From the NCBI GenBank assembly GCA_964622645.1, contig CAZUSV010000001.1:5317-69316 (forward strand): 64,000 nt of DNA, written 5' to 3'. This DNA is from an uncultured Anaerolineales bacterium (GTDB lineage Bacteria; Chloroflexota; Anaerolineae; Anaerolineales; UBA11858). This document shows, one piece after another, positions 1 through 8,069 of the stretch; position 1 is the stretch's first letter, and each line of letters opens with the position of its first letter. Below the pieces are notes generated by a model, which was not told the DNA's origin, searched no databases, and saw only the letters and a program-made list of their open reading frames with translations. The position numbers and the translations under genes were made by a program.

Positions 1-48
1 CCGGCAGATGATCAAACTGGCACATCTGCTGCTGATTTCCTGGTAGCC

Positions 49-2718
49 TTGCATTCCGTTTTTAGTGACCTAGAGCCGGGTGTCAGCATAGACCCAGGTC
101 CAAACCAGAGAACGCAAACCGTACGCTATATTGGGTCGACAGAACGCACGGCATTTGGCTGGATCATGTTCGAAGCCGACCGCTTGATGAAAAATCTGTC
201 CCTTGGCGAAGATAACGAGACCGGGGAACCCATCACGTCAGCTGTGCCAGGGCATGGCACTATGTTTGATTTTAGCTTTGCTTATCCTGGTGAAACAGGT
301 GTGGAAATCCGACGACGTTTCTGGTTTACGGTTGCCAATGTCCAATTGGGGCACACTGAGGACGGTTTGGGAATCGTCTTCCAAGACATCGACATACAAG
401 TTGAGACAGAATATCTCGATCAGAATTGGCAGACGCTCGAGATCCAGATGCCCGATCCAGCCGGGCAAGCATTTGCTGACCAACTCACCCAACATTATGA
501 TGAATATGCCCAAGAATTTCCCGTGCTGCGAGATCTAGAATCCCTGGTACGTTGGATGGCACTGGCGCGTTGGATTGAGGAAACCCCCCAGGTTATCAAT
601 ATCGATGCCCTGTTGTCTACGCCGGTTGACCTGATCGATACACCGGAAATGACGCCGGCCATCACGGTTGAACAAAGCCGTTCGACCACAACCAGTACCG
701 GTGAAGTCATCGAGACGATCACACTATGGGGTGGTGTTGATTTAGATTTCTCAATCGAATACTCAGACCTTGCTGCAGAAGAGGCTAATAACTTAGCAGC
801 TGCGATCGAAACGCAAAAAGAATGCGCCGGTGCGCGTTGTTCCCAGGCGAGTCGCGACGAAAATATCACTTCTCTGCAAACCTCAACTCTTTACAAAGGG
901 TATAGCTTAGACCTGGAGTTACCAAGTAGCCTGAGTTCAATCGGTGGTGAAAAAGTATTCACCATGATATACGATTCGACTTCCTCAGAATCTAATATTT
1001 CTAGTCCTGGTTGGTTGATTGGAGTACCTCATCTGGAATTTCCTCTCCCCGAACAAGAATACGAAGAATGGAATGAAGAACTTTATCCCACCATTGTCTG
1101 GGTGGATACTATTCAGGGCCACAGTCACCCAATGGTTTATCAAGGGAACATTGATGAGCAGGGAAATCTTTTATACATCAATCAAGAAGCCGGATTATTG
1201 CTAACCTGGAACGCGAGTGGATTTTCTCTTCAAAAAGCAACTTTTTACCCAGATGGAGGCTATTCTCAAAGTTCAGAATTCAGACAAGATTTCAATCGGG
1301 ATGGATTCTCCGTCAAATGGGTGTCAGATAGTGGCTCGCTTGTTTCGTATGCTTATACTGGTGGTTTGCTGAAAAAAATCTCTGGGCCTGAGGGTGATGT
1401 AGATTTCAAATACAATCAAGCAGGGAATCTCATCCAGATCACAAATCAGGAAACTGGTGATAGCCGGCGGTTTGACTATAATGATCAGGGACATTTAGTA
1501 AGAACAATTTCAACTGCTGGTGCAGTAATTTCTAGCTTTGTATATGATGATGACCAACGTTTAGTCGAGCAACGTAATGGGGATGACATTATTGAAAGCC
1601 AGCTGGCCTATGATAACTCAGGACGACTCCTCGCTCGAACGCATGATTCGACTGTTCTGGTTTACGATTGGCTGGCTGATGGGGGGGCACGTATTTACGG
1701 TTTGGGGGCTGGTAGTTCCCATTGGGTAGAGGGCTTAGGCACCCCAGTTCTAAAACAACTTGGAACAGTGATACGTATTTCGCTGCATGGAGCAAGTGTT
1801 GATCATGTTTTATACGTGCGTAAACTCGATGATAAAGCCTTGATGCTATTGGATGGCCGTACGCATGTACTACCTCTTGACGCGCTATCGAGTTCGAGAA
1901 TATTTCGGAATGCAATCAATGAGCTGAATCCTGCTATCAATCCAGATGATATTGTGCTGGTAGCAGATGGGGACAGTCAGGATATTGACTTTCAAGCTGC
2001 ATTTCCTGATTACCGCTGGCTGACGTCTGAGGGTTTGGATGAAAGTCAAATTCTACGCAATTTAGATGATTTTGAGTCTTTGGAGGTTCTTATGCCAGAT
2101 GTGACTGAGCTTTTCCTTGGCGTTCCTAGACCAGAAGAGGTTACAAAAGTTGGATTGAAAGCAGCAAATCGGGGGGACTGGGCAGGAGTTCTTGAGCAGT
2201 ATATAGAACTGGCAGAACGTTGGGATTTCGAACCTGCCACGGTTCAGCCTGAAAAAAAGTTAGCACAGCGAATGGAAGAGGCTTTTAAAGACAAAGCGGC
2301 TGTACTCATTGTGGTCGCGCATAGCGATGGCGAAAAAATATACTTACCAGATGGTACCTATTTTTCACCCGATGAACTATCCCAAGATGCAAGAGACGCA
2401 ATTGCAGCTAACAGGCCGGTGGTTATCTTAGTAAGTTGCCAGACAGCTCAGATGAATGATACTCGCTCTCTGGCCAAAAAATTGATTGATTTGGGAGCTC
2501 GTTTTGTTGTAGCACCCAAGGGAAATATCCCTGCTGTTTCCACGGTAGAATTCTTAAAGTCGTTTTTTGAGAACTCGGCAAAAAACCAACGCATTCCTGA
2601 CGCGTTATGGAATGCCAGTAGATTTATATACGAAATATATAAAAATATCCAATTCGAAAAAATAATTGGCCAAACCCCTCCGATCGATCAAGATATCAAG
2701 GAAAATCGGAGAGTATGA
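49..2718 (+). CDS. YD/RHS-repeat protein with C-terminal CHAT-like (caspase-fold) peptidase domain; frame is open back to nt 1, so the true start may lie upstream of the window
   Basis: 889-aa ORF; TTG at 49 is only the first in-window start. YD-repeat words: YAYTGGLLKKISGPEGDVDFKYNQAGNLIQITN, RRFDYNDQGHLVRT, FVYDDDQRLVEQ, LAYDNSGRLLART. The C-terminus has a His...Cys dyad context like CHAT domains: VLIVVAHSDGEKIYL ... RPVVILVSCQTAQ. Assignment from motif memory. Confidence 0.6.
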   Translation: MHSVFSDLEPGVSIDPGPNQRTQTVRYIGSTERTAFGWIMFEADRLMKNLSLGEDNETGEPITSAVPGHGTMFDFSFAYPGETGVEIRRRFWFTVANVQLGHTEDGLGIVFQDIDIQVETEYLDQNWQTLEIQMPDPAGQAFADQLTQHYDEYAQEFPVLRDLESLVRWMALARWIEETPQVINIDALLSTPVDLIDTPEMTPAITVEQSRSTTTSTGEVIETITLWGGVDLDFSIEYSDLAAEEANNLAAAIETQKECAGARCSQASRDENITSLQTSTLYKGYSLDLELPSSLSSIGGEKVFTMIYDSTSSESNISSPGWLIGVPHLEFPLPEQEYEEWNEELYPTIVWVDTIQGHSHPMVYQGNIDEQGNLLYINQEAGLLLTWNASGFSLQKATFYPDGGYSQSSEFRQDFNRDGFSVKWVSDSGSLVSYAYTGGLLKKISGPEGDVDFKYNQAGNLIQITNQETGDSRRFDYNDQGHLVRTISTAGAVISSFVYDDDQRLVEQRNGDDIIESQLAYDNSGRLLARTHDSTVLVYDWLADGGARIYGLGAGSSHWVEGLGTPVLKQLGTVIRISLHGASVDHVLYVRKLDDKALMLLDGRTHVLPLDALSSSRIFRNAINELNPAINPDDIVLVADGDSQDIDFQAAFPDYRWLTSEGLDESQILRNLDDFESLEVLMPDVTELFLGVPRPEEVTKVGLKAANRGDWAGVLEQYIELAERWDFEPATVQPEKKLAQRMEEAFKDKAAVLIVVAHSDGEKIYLPDGTYFSPDELSQDARDAIAANRPVVILVSCQTAQMNDTRSLAKKLIDLGARFVVAPKGNIPAVSTVEFLKSFFENSAKNQRIPDALWNASRFIYEIYKNIQFEKIIGQTPPIDQDIKENRRV

Positions 2719-2878
2719 TTATGGCCTTATTTGGATACCCTGGCACGGTCTGTGCTTACAGCGAGCCTCGCCGCTATGCGCGCCTTTGGCGGGTCAGACC
2801 GGCCTAAGCCCTTGAAAGGAAAACGAACGGTTACTTTGTTTACAGAGTATTAGCAATATTGCCAGAAGAGCCAATTCA

Positions 2879-4900
2879 ATGGCCAATTCAACAGGTGAAA
2901 AACCAAAATTGAATATTTTCGCCTTACCCAGCCAGACGACCCTGCTATTCTGGTTGATGGTCGTGGTGTTGCTAGCGGCTGTGATGCTTGGCAGCATTGG
3001 CCGTTCACCTATCCTCATCTGGCCCATGGCGGTTGGATTGTTATTCCTTCCGCTACGGGCATACCTGGCGCGCCCTGAGCGCGATTTCAAGCGCTTTGGT
3101 TTGGAGCATGCAGGGGAAGAATTTGCTCCTATCCGACAAGCTATAATGATTTACGCCATCAAATTGGGGTTGAAAAGGCATCCTGGGCTCGTAATCAGTC
3201 AAAGAGATATCCCTTTCCACACTTTCGGGACTTTTCGTCGTTGGTTTATAGCTATCGGACGAGAAGAAGCGGTAGATTTACTAGAGAGGATAAAAAATCC
3301 GGCGACTGCCTCCCAGGCATACGCCATGATCATTCACGAGCTTTATCATTTCAAAACGGGCGATTATTGGAAGATGGGCTATACAGGGGAATTATTGAAG
3401 ACGACCTTTATATTTTTAGGATGGGGGATTGCTTTCTTCTATGGGCTTGGGTTGTTGCTGGTTGTGGCTACTCCGGATTTCCTGGCGCTCAACCCCTCCG
3501 ATCTGATTTCGCAAATTGAAGGGATAACACCGGGAATGCAGCAAACCATGGTCCAACTATTGCCATCCGCAGCTGATATGGGCGTAATGCATCAAAGAGC
3601 GGCTGGGATAAATATGTCTTTGGTGCTCAACTTCATTATGAGTGCTATTTTCCCATTAGTTTTGATTGCCTTTCTCTTGTGGCGTTTTTACTGGCCCAAA
3701 CTTTGGCGAACACGAGAGTACTATGCCGACGCGGGCGTAGTGCATACTCAAGGAAAAATTGCACATTTTTTGTTAAGTTTTATCAAAGAGAAGTCACTCA
3801 AAGAAAGAGAAGAAAAATTTCAGCCGCGTGAAGATAATCGGTTTATTGCATGGTGGAGAAAACTATATGATGGCATATTGGATATGTCTCCCGCTTTTGT
3901 CCCAAGTTATGGCGCTTATACGGAAGAAGGTTTGGCTTCTCTATTTAATGGCGAGGTGATCCAGAGATCCCGTGGACAAAAAATTATCGCATGGTGGAAG
4001 AGAGTCACTTCTTACCATCCGGAAGTAATATCTCGAATTAATTGCGTGAAGAATCCTGCCTTGGCGTTTGACACCTGGTGGAGTACGGCTTTTCACGTAG
4101 GAAGCCTGACACTTCTACTGGATATTCTACTGAGTAGCCCATTAACATTAATTCATGTAGGTAACTGGCCGATGCATTTTTCCACCCTGGTCATCCTGGT
4201 GACAGTGTCGCTGGGATTTATACTCCCAACAATTGCACAAGGAAACCTGGTTTGGTTGGATCTAATTAAAATTGTTGGTCTGGTCGTTGGATTACGTCTG
4301 GCATGGCTTGCTTTTACTGTCTTAGCATTGTTTGTATCTCTTGTTATGGCTCCTGAATATCTCTCAGAGGCCCTCGAAGCTGCGGTGGCTAGCGTAGCAC
4401 ACTATGCGGGTTACGCAGATGACCTCGGTTTTGCTGATATAACTTCATTCTTACTGAGAGCAGCGCTACTCAACCTGGCTCAGATCTTGATCATTTTCTT
4501 CCTGCTCTTGTTCTCGTTGTATAGTATTGCTTGGTTGCTGCGTCGCCTCTTGACCTGGTACGGCTTCCCGCAAGTAGAAATACGCTTGATGCCGGTTGCT
4601 TCTCTGGTCGTTGTTCTGTGGGCAATTTTTACCGGGTTTACGATTTTGATGCCTATCACCCTGGCACTCTTGCATCCTGCTGACTTGATCAGGCCAGTTT
4701 ATCTCATATTGGAGTTGATTGGTTTCCTCCTGGCTTGTATTGGGATTGGTGTATTCACTCTAGCCGATCGAAAGTTCTCCAAAAGGTGTCCAAAATGCGG
4801 AACAGGTATCAGTGGTTTCTATTGGCTAGGTAAGTGTTGTGAAAATGATCAGTGCAAGGAAAAGCTTTTGCCCTGGTTGATCGCGGAGTATGAAGTGTGA
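2879..4900 (+). CDS. polytopic membrane protein with M48/M56-like HExxH zinc-metalloprotease motif and C-terminal Cys-rich zinc-ribbon
   Basis: 673-aa ORF with many hydrophobic helices. HExxH in AMIIHELYHFKTGDYW. C-terminal CPKCGTGISGFYWLGKCCENDQC. ATG start. Confidence 0.55.
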   Translation: MANSTGEKPKLNIFALPSQTTLLFWLMVVVLLAAVMLGSIGRSPILIWPMAVGLLFLPLRAYLARPERDFKRFGLEHAGEEFAPIRQAIMIYAIKLGLKRHPGLVISQRDIPFHTFGTFRRWFIAIGREEAVDLLERIKNPATASQAYAMIIHELYHFKTGDYWKMGYTGELLKTTFIFLGWGIAFFYGLGLLLVVATPDFLALNPSDLISQIEGITPGMQQTMVQLLPSAADMGVMHQRAAGINMSLVLNFIMSAIFPLVLIAFLLWRFYWPKLWRTREYYADAGVVHTQGKIAHFLLSFIKEKSLKEREEKFQPREDNRFIAWWRKLYDGILDMSPAFVPSYGAYTEEGLASLFNGEVIQRSRGQKIIAWWKRVTSYHPEVISRINCVKNPALAFDTWWSTAFHVGSLTLLLDILLSSPLTLIHVGNWPMHFSTLVILVTVSLGFILPTIAQGNLVWLDLIKIVGLVVGLRLAWLAFTVLALFVSLVMAPEYLSEALEAAVASVAHYAGYADDLGFADITSFLLRAALLNLAQILIIFFLLLFSLYSIAWLLRRLLTWYGFPQVEIRLMPVASLVVVLWAIFTGFTILMPITLALLHPADLIRPVYLILELIGFLLACIGIGVFTLADRKFSKRCPKCGTGISGFYWLGKCCENDQCKEKLLPWLIAEYEV

Positions 4901-5520
4901 AGATGAAATCTCGTTTGCTAACCTGGGTAACACGACTTTGTTGGGCAATTGTACTGCTTGATTTGTTGTTGATCTTTATTTTTCCATCCGAAATCTTCGC
5001 TGACAACCTGACCATGATGCTAGCCTACACTGTCTGGCTTTTGCTCACATTGTTTCTTACAATAACGTCATTGATGGTAATTTATCGCGGCTTATTTCAG
5101 TCTTGGATAGGTTGGATAACGCCGATTATCATATTAATATTCAGTAATTTGTTTTCCTCCGGTCAAATCCAAATCCATAATCCCAGGTTGTCCTTTTTTT
5201 ATGTCTTGCTTACCACTTTCAGTATGTGGGGGGTTGGTGTTGCTACGATAATTTTCCTTTGGTACCGGGATGTTGGATTGAAGCTGATAGCTTCAACATT
5301 AGTCATATTCACATGGGCTGGTTTTTTTATATGGTATTTCCAGGGCAATATATTTGATTTGCTGATTGCTAGTATAAATCAACCGGAAGTGACCTCACCT
5401 TTGTGGTGGCTCAATCCTTTCTTGTGTGTTTTTTGGTGGGTTATTCCTATTGGAATTAGTAGTTTCATTGTACATACTTTTCGAATCTTCGCCCGTGAGA
5501 TAAACCGTTCCAAATCTTAA
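4897..5520 (+). CDS. integral membrane protein, unknown function
   Basis: 207-aa ORF, about 6 hydrophobic helices. Its start overlaps the stop of the upstream gene by 4 nt (GTGA), which suggests translational coupling. Confidence 0.5.
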   Translation: MKMKSRLLTWVTRLCWAIVLLDLLLIFIFPSEIFADNLTMMLAYTVWLLLTLFLTITSLMVIYRGLFQSWIGWITPIIILIFSNLFSSGQIQIHNPRLSFFYVLLTTFSMWGVGVATIIFLWYRDVGLKLIASTLVIFTWAGFFIWYFQGNIFDLLIASINQPEVTSPLWWLNPFLCVFWWVIPIGISSFIVHTFRIFAREINRSKS

Positions 5521-5786
5521 TTGAGTAACTTTCGTAACCATTCGCTGGGGATGGATTAAGATAGTAGGGGTATTGTAGATAATAACTCTGTTAGTGTGGC
5601 ATAACCTCGAGAATAAGAACGCCTTCTAATTTGCCAAGTGATGTTTGTTGATATAGGCTTGTCAGTGTAAGAATCAGGAGATATTGGGGATAGTAATTAA
5701 TAGCAGAACATGTGGTTTCCTTATGCTACACAACCACGATTCTTTCTATATCACCCGTAACCCATTTTGTTGAAGTAGCCCCGACC

Positions 5787-6704
5787 ATGAATGAAAAATT
5801 AGATGCTATAGATAATACTCTAGTGGCTCAAGCCACAGCAACTACCAAACAGCACAACCCAACTGCCTATTTGTTGTCGAATTTATTGCACGATAAAGGA
5901 ATGACCCCAATATTTTGTCTTGTCTACGCATATTTCCGCTGGTTGGACGATTATATTGATGAATCAGGTACGGAATCTTTCTTATGTCGCCAGATGGTAG
6001 CTAGCCAAAAAGAACTCTTGGTTGAGGCTTATTCTGATCCCCGAATGTCAGCAAGCTCTATCCGTGAATCAATGCTAGTCACAGTTGCTAATTTTGACAA
6101 GAGCAGGCGAATGCTGTTGAAAACATCGATTTTTGATATGTTTTCAGCCCTCGAATGGGATTCTTATAGACGAGGAACGGTTGTATCATCTAAAGAATTA
6201 GCTCAGTATTCTTACTGGTTGGGTCGCTCCTACACAAAAGCTCTTCAGGCATGTATTGCTTACCCTTATGAGTATCCTGATCATGGATATAAATACTATG
6301 CTGGAGTTGGTGCCCATATTACTCATATTGTGCGTGATTTATTTGAGGATCTCGCAATGGGGTATATCAACATATCTAAGGAAGATATCAGGCGTTACTC
6401 GATAGATATTCGATGTCCAACTGCAACATCGCTGCGTGCGTGGACGCAAAAAACTGTATTATCTGCACGCAAGTATCTAAATTGGGGTAAGTTGTACCTA
6501 AATACACTGCCGATATTTCGGTGTCGATTAATGGGTTATTTGTACTGTTCGCGCTATGAGATGGTTTTGGATGCGATAGAGGATGCGAACTATGATTTGT
6601 CGATGAATCGATCTGAATCAGTTCGCAAAGGAAAATACTATTGGCAGGCTATCTCGAATGCTATATCAAGTCCAATGATGCGAGGCCACTTGCGAGTAGT
6701 ATAA
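5787..6704 (+). CDS. squalene/phytoene synthase family (head-to-head trans-isoprenyl diphosphate synthase fold), divergent
   Basis: Asp-rich motif 1 YAYFRWLDDYIDE; motif 2 region GAHITHIVRDLFEDLAMGYINISKED. The ORF track starts at GTG 5712; ATG at 5787 (MNEKLDAI) is preferred. Confidence 0.65.
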   Translation: MNEKLDAIDNTLVAQATATTKQHNPTAYLLSNLLHDKGMTPIFCLVYAYFRWLDDYIDESGTESFLCRQMVASQKELLVEAYSDPRMSASSIRESMLVTVANFDKSRRMLLKTSIFDMFSALEWDSYRRGTVVSSKELAQYSYWLGRSYTKALQACIAYPYEYPDHGYKYYAGVGAHITHIVRDLFEDLAMGYINISKEDIRRYSIDIRCPTATSLRAWTQKTVLSARKYLNWGKLYLNTLPIFRCRLMGYLYCSRYEMVLDAIEDANYDLSMNRSESVRKGKYYWQAISNAISSPMMRGHLRVV

Positions 6705-6726
6705 ATTATTGTAAGAGGAAGAGATC

Positions 6727-7557
6727 ATGATAGGTTATTCTCGCAGCCTAAGACTTGAATTGACGATGAAAGATATCGTTCAAGAAAATCAATATTATTG
6801 TGGATTGTGTCATGCACTACGTTTTGAAAACGGTACTCTTTTTTCCACATTGACAAATTATGATGGTCGTTTGGTTGGCATGCTTGTTGATGCCCAACGA
6901 ATTAATGAGCCCACCCAAGAAACGACAAAATGCCCCAGTCCTCCTTTCATCCATGAGCGAGATATTGTTGCTTATGGATCAACCACTCGATTTTCTGCTG
7001 CCCTCACAGTTTTGTTGGCTAGAGAGAAATTGTCGGATAATGTAATCGATGATTCAAATAAGCTTTCAAGATTTCTCTTGGGAAAGATTGATCCTTATGC
7101 AAACCGAGCCAAAGATACTTTGATGGAGTTGGGATTTCCCGTTGAAGAGATCGATGAGTTAAGGAACAGACAAGAGAATGTAGAGAAACAGACAGGTATT
7201 GAGCTAGACGAAATTTGTGCTCCAACATCGATGACACTTTCGCTGATTTTTCGGTTTACGGCTCATCTTTCAGGTAACCCTGGAAATATAAAAGAATTAG
7301 GAATGCTTGGTTCTGAGGTGGGAAAGGTTATATGTATGTTGGATGCTCTGAAGGATCTACATGCAGACCTCAATAAGAATCGCTACAATCCAATCGCTAA
7401 TTGTTTTGGAATTAATCTCGGGCAACAATTAACTTTAAAGGTGTACACAGAAATCCTTGCACTTCTCACAAGCCACCTACAATCAATTCATCGGTCTGTG
7501 CAAAAATTACAAATTTATCGCTATCGACATCCATTAGAGAATATTTTTTTGTGTTAG
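6727..7557 (+). CDS. DUF5685-like protein (uncharacterised family)
   Basis: N-terminus MIGYSRSLRLELTMKDIVQENQYYCGLCHALR...LTNYDGRLVGMLV matches my recollection of the DUF5685 signature (MxGY..EL...YYCGLC...L.YD). Lies 22 nt after the previous gene. Needs HMM confirmation. Confidence 0.45.
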   Translation: MIGYSRSLRLELTMKDIVQENQYYCGLCHALRFENGTLFSTLTNYDGRLVGMLVDAQRINEPTQETTKCPSPPFIHERDIVAYGSTTRFSAALTVLLAREKLSDNVIDDSNKLSRFLLGKIDPYANRAKDTLMELGFPVEEIDELRNRQENVEKQTGIELDEICAPTSMTLSLIFRFTAHLSGNPGNIKELGMLGSEVGKVICMLDALKDLHADLNKNRYNPIANCFGINLGQQLTLKVYTEILALLTSHLQSIHRSVQKLQIYRYRHPLENIFLC

Positions 7558-7597
7558 TTTTCCTCACCAAATCCAAAAAGCGCTTGATGCATTATCT

Positions 7598-8005
7598 GTG
7601 AATTCTGAGTGGGAGGGAGATCTTGCTCCCCCAATAGATGCTCAGCTCTGTCACTGCACTCGCTGCACTTCTATTCGTGAACAGGTAGATCATTGGCGTG
7701 TATATTTTGCCGAGAAAGCCTCTGACCTGCGCCCCGAGTGGGCTGCTGGAGCCCTACGGGAATTGCTGGGATTTGAAGATGCTTTGGGTAGGCGATGGAT
7801 ACAAGGGCAGTTGAAGAAAATGAGTACTGTGTATTTTGCAGCACTTCCATTACTCACTTTGCGACCCTTACAGCAGAGCAATCCTACTTGTGAAGATTCA
7901 TGTTCAGAGGGCTGTGGTGGATGTTGTCTTACGTATATGCTTTTATGTCCGTGTAGTGGTGAGGAGTGCACAATCTGCTGTTGTATGGGATCAGGTAATT
8001 ACTAA
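7598..8005 (+). CDS. hypothetical protein with extremely Cys-rich C-terminal tail
   Basis: 135-aa ORF (GTG start, no clear RBS). CHCTRC near the N-terminus. Residues 98-129 (CEDSCSEGCGGCCLTYMLLCPCSGEECTICCC) carry 11 Cys. An alternative ATG at 7820 would give a 61-aa product. Confidence 0.4.
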   Translation: MNSEWEGDLAPPIDAQLCHCTRCTSIREQVDHWRVYFAEKASDLRPEWAAGALRELLGFEDALGRRWIQGQLKKMSTVYFAALPLLTLRPLQQSNPTCEDSCSEGCGGCCLTYMLLCPCSGEECTICCCMGSGNY

Positions 8006-8069
8006 GTTCATGATGAGCCTGAAATTGATATCTCCCATAAGTATTGAATCTCGACGATAGGATCAAGAT

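Noticed and set aside
203-869. Small ORFs overlapping the first gene (203-538 plus, 238-513 minus, 495-869 minus), and similar nested ORFs of 60-110 aa throughout the track.
   Set aside because: They are nested in or antisense to longer ORFs with domain evidence, and have no RBS or motif support.
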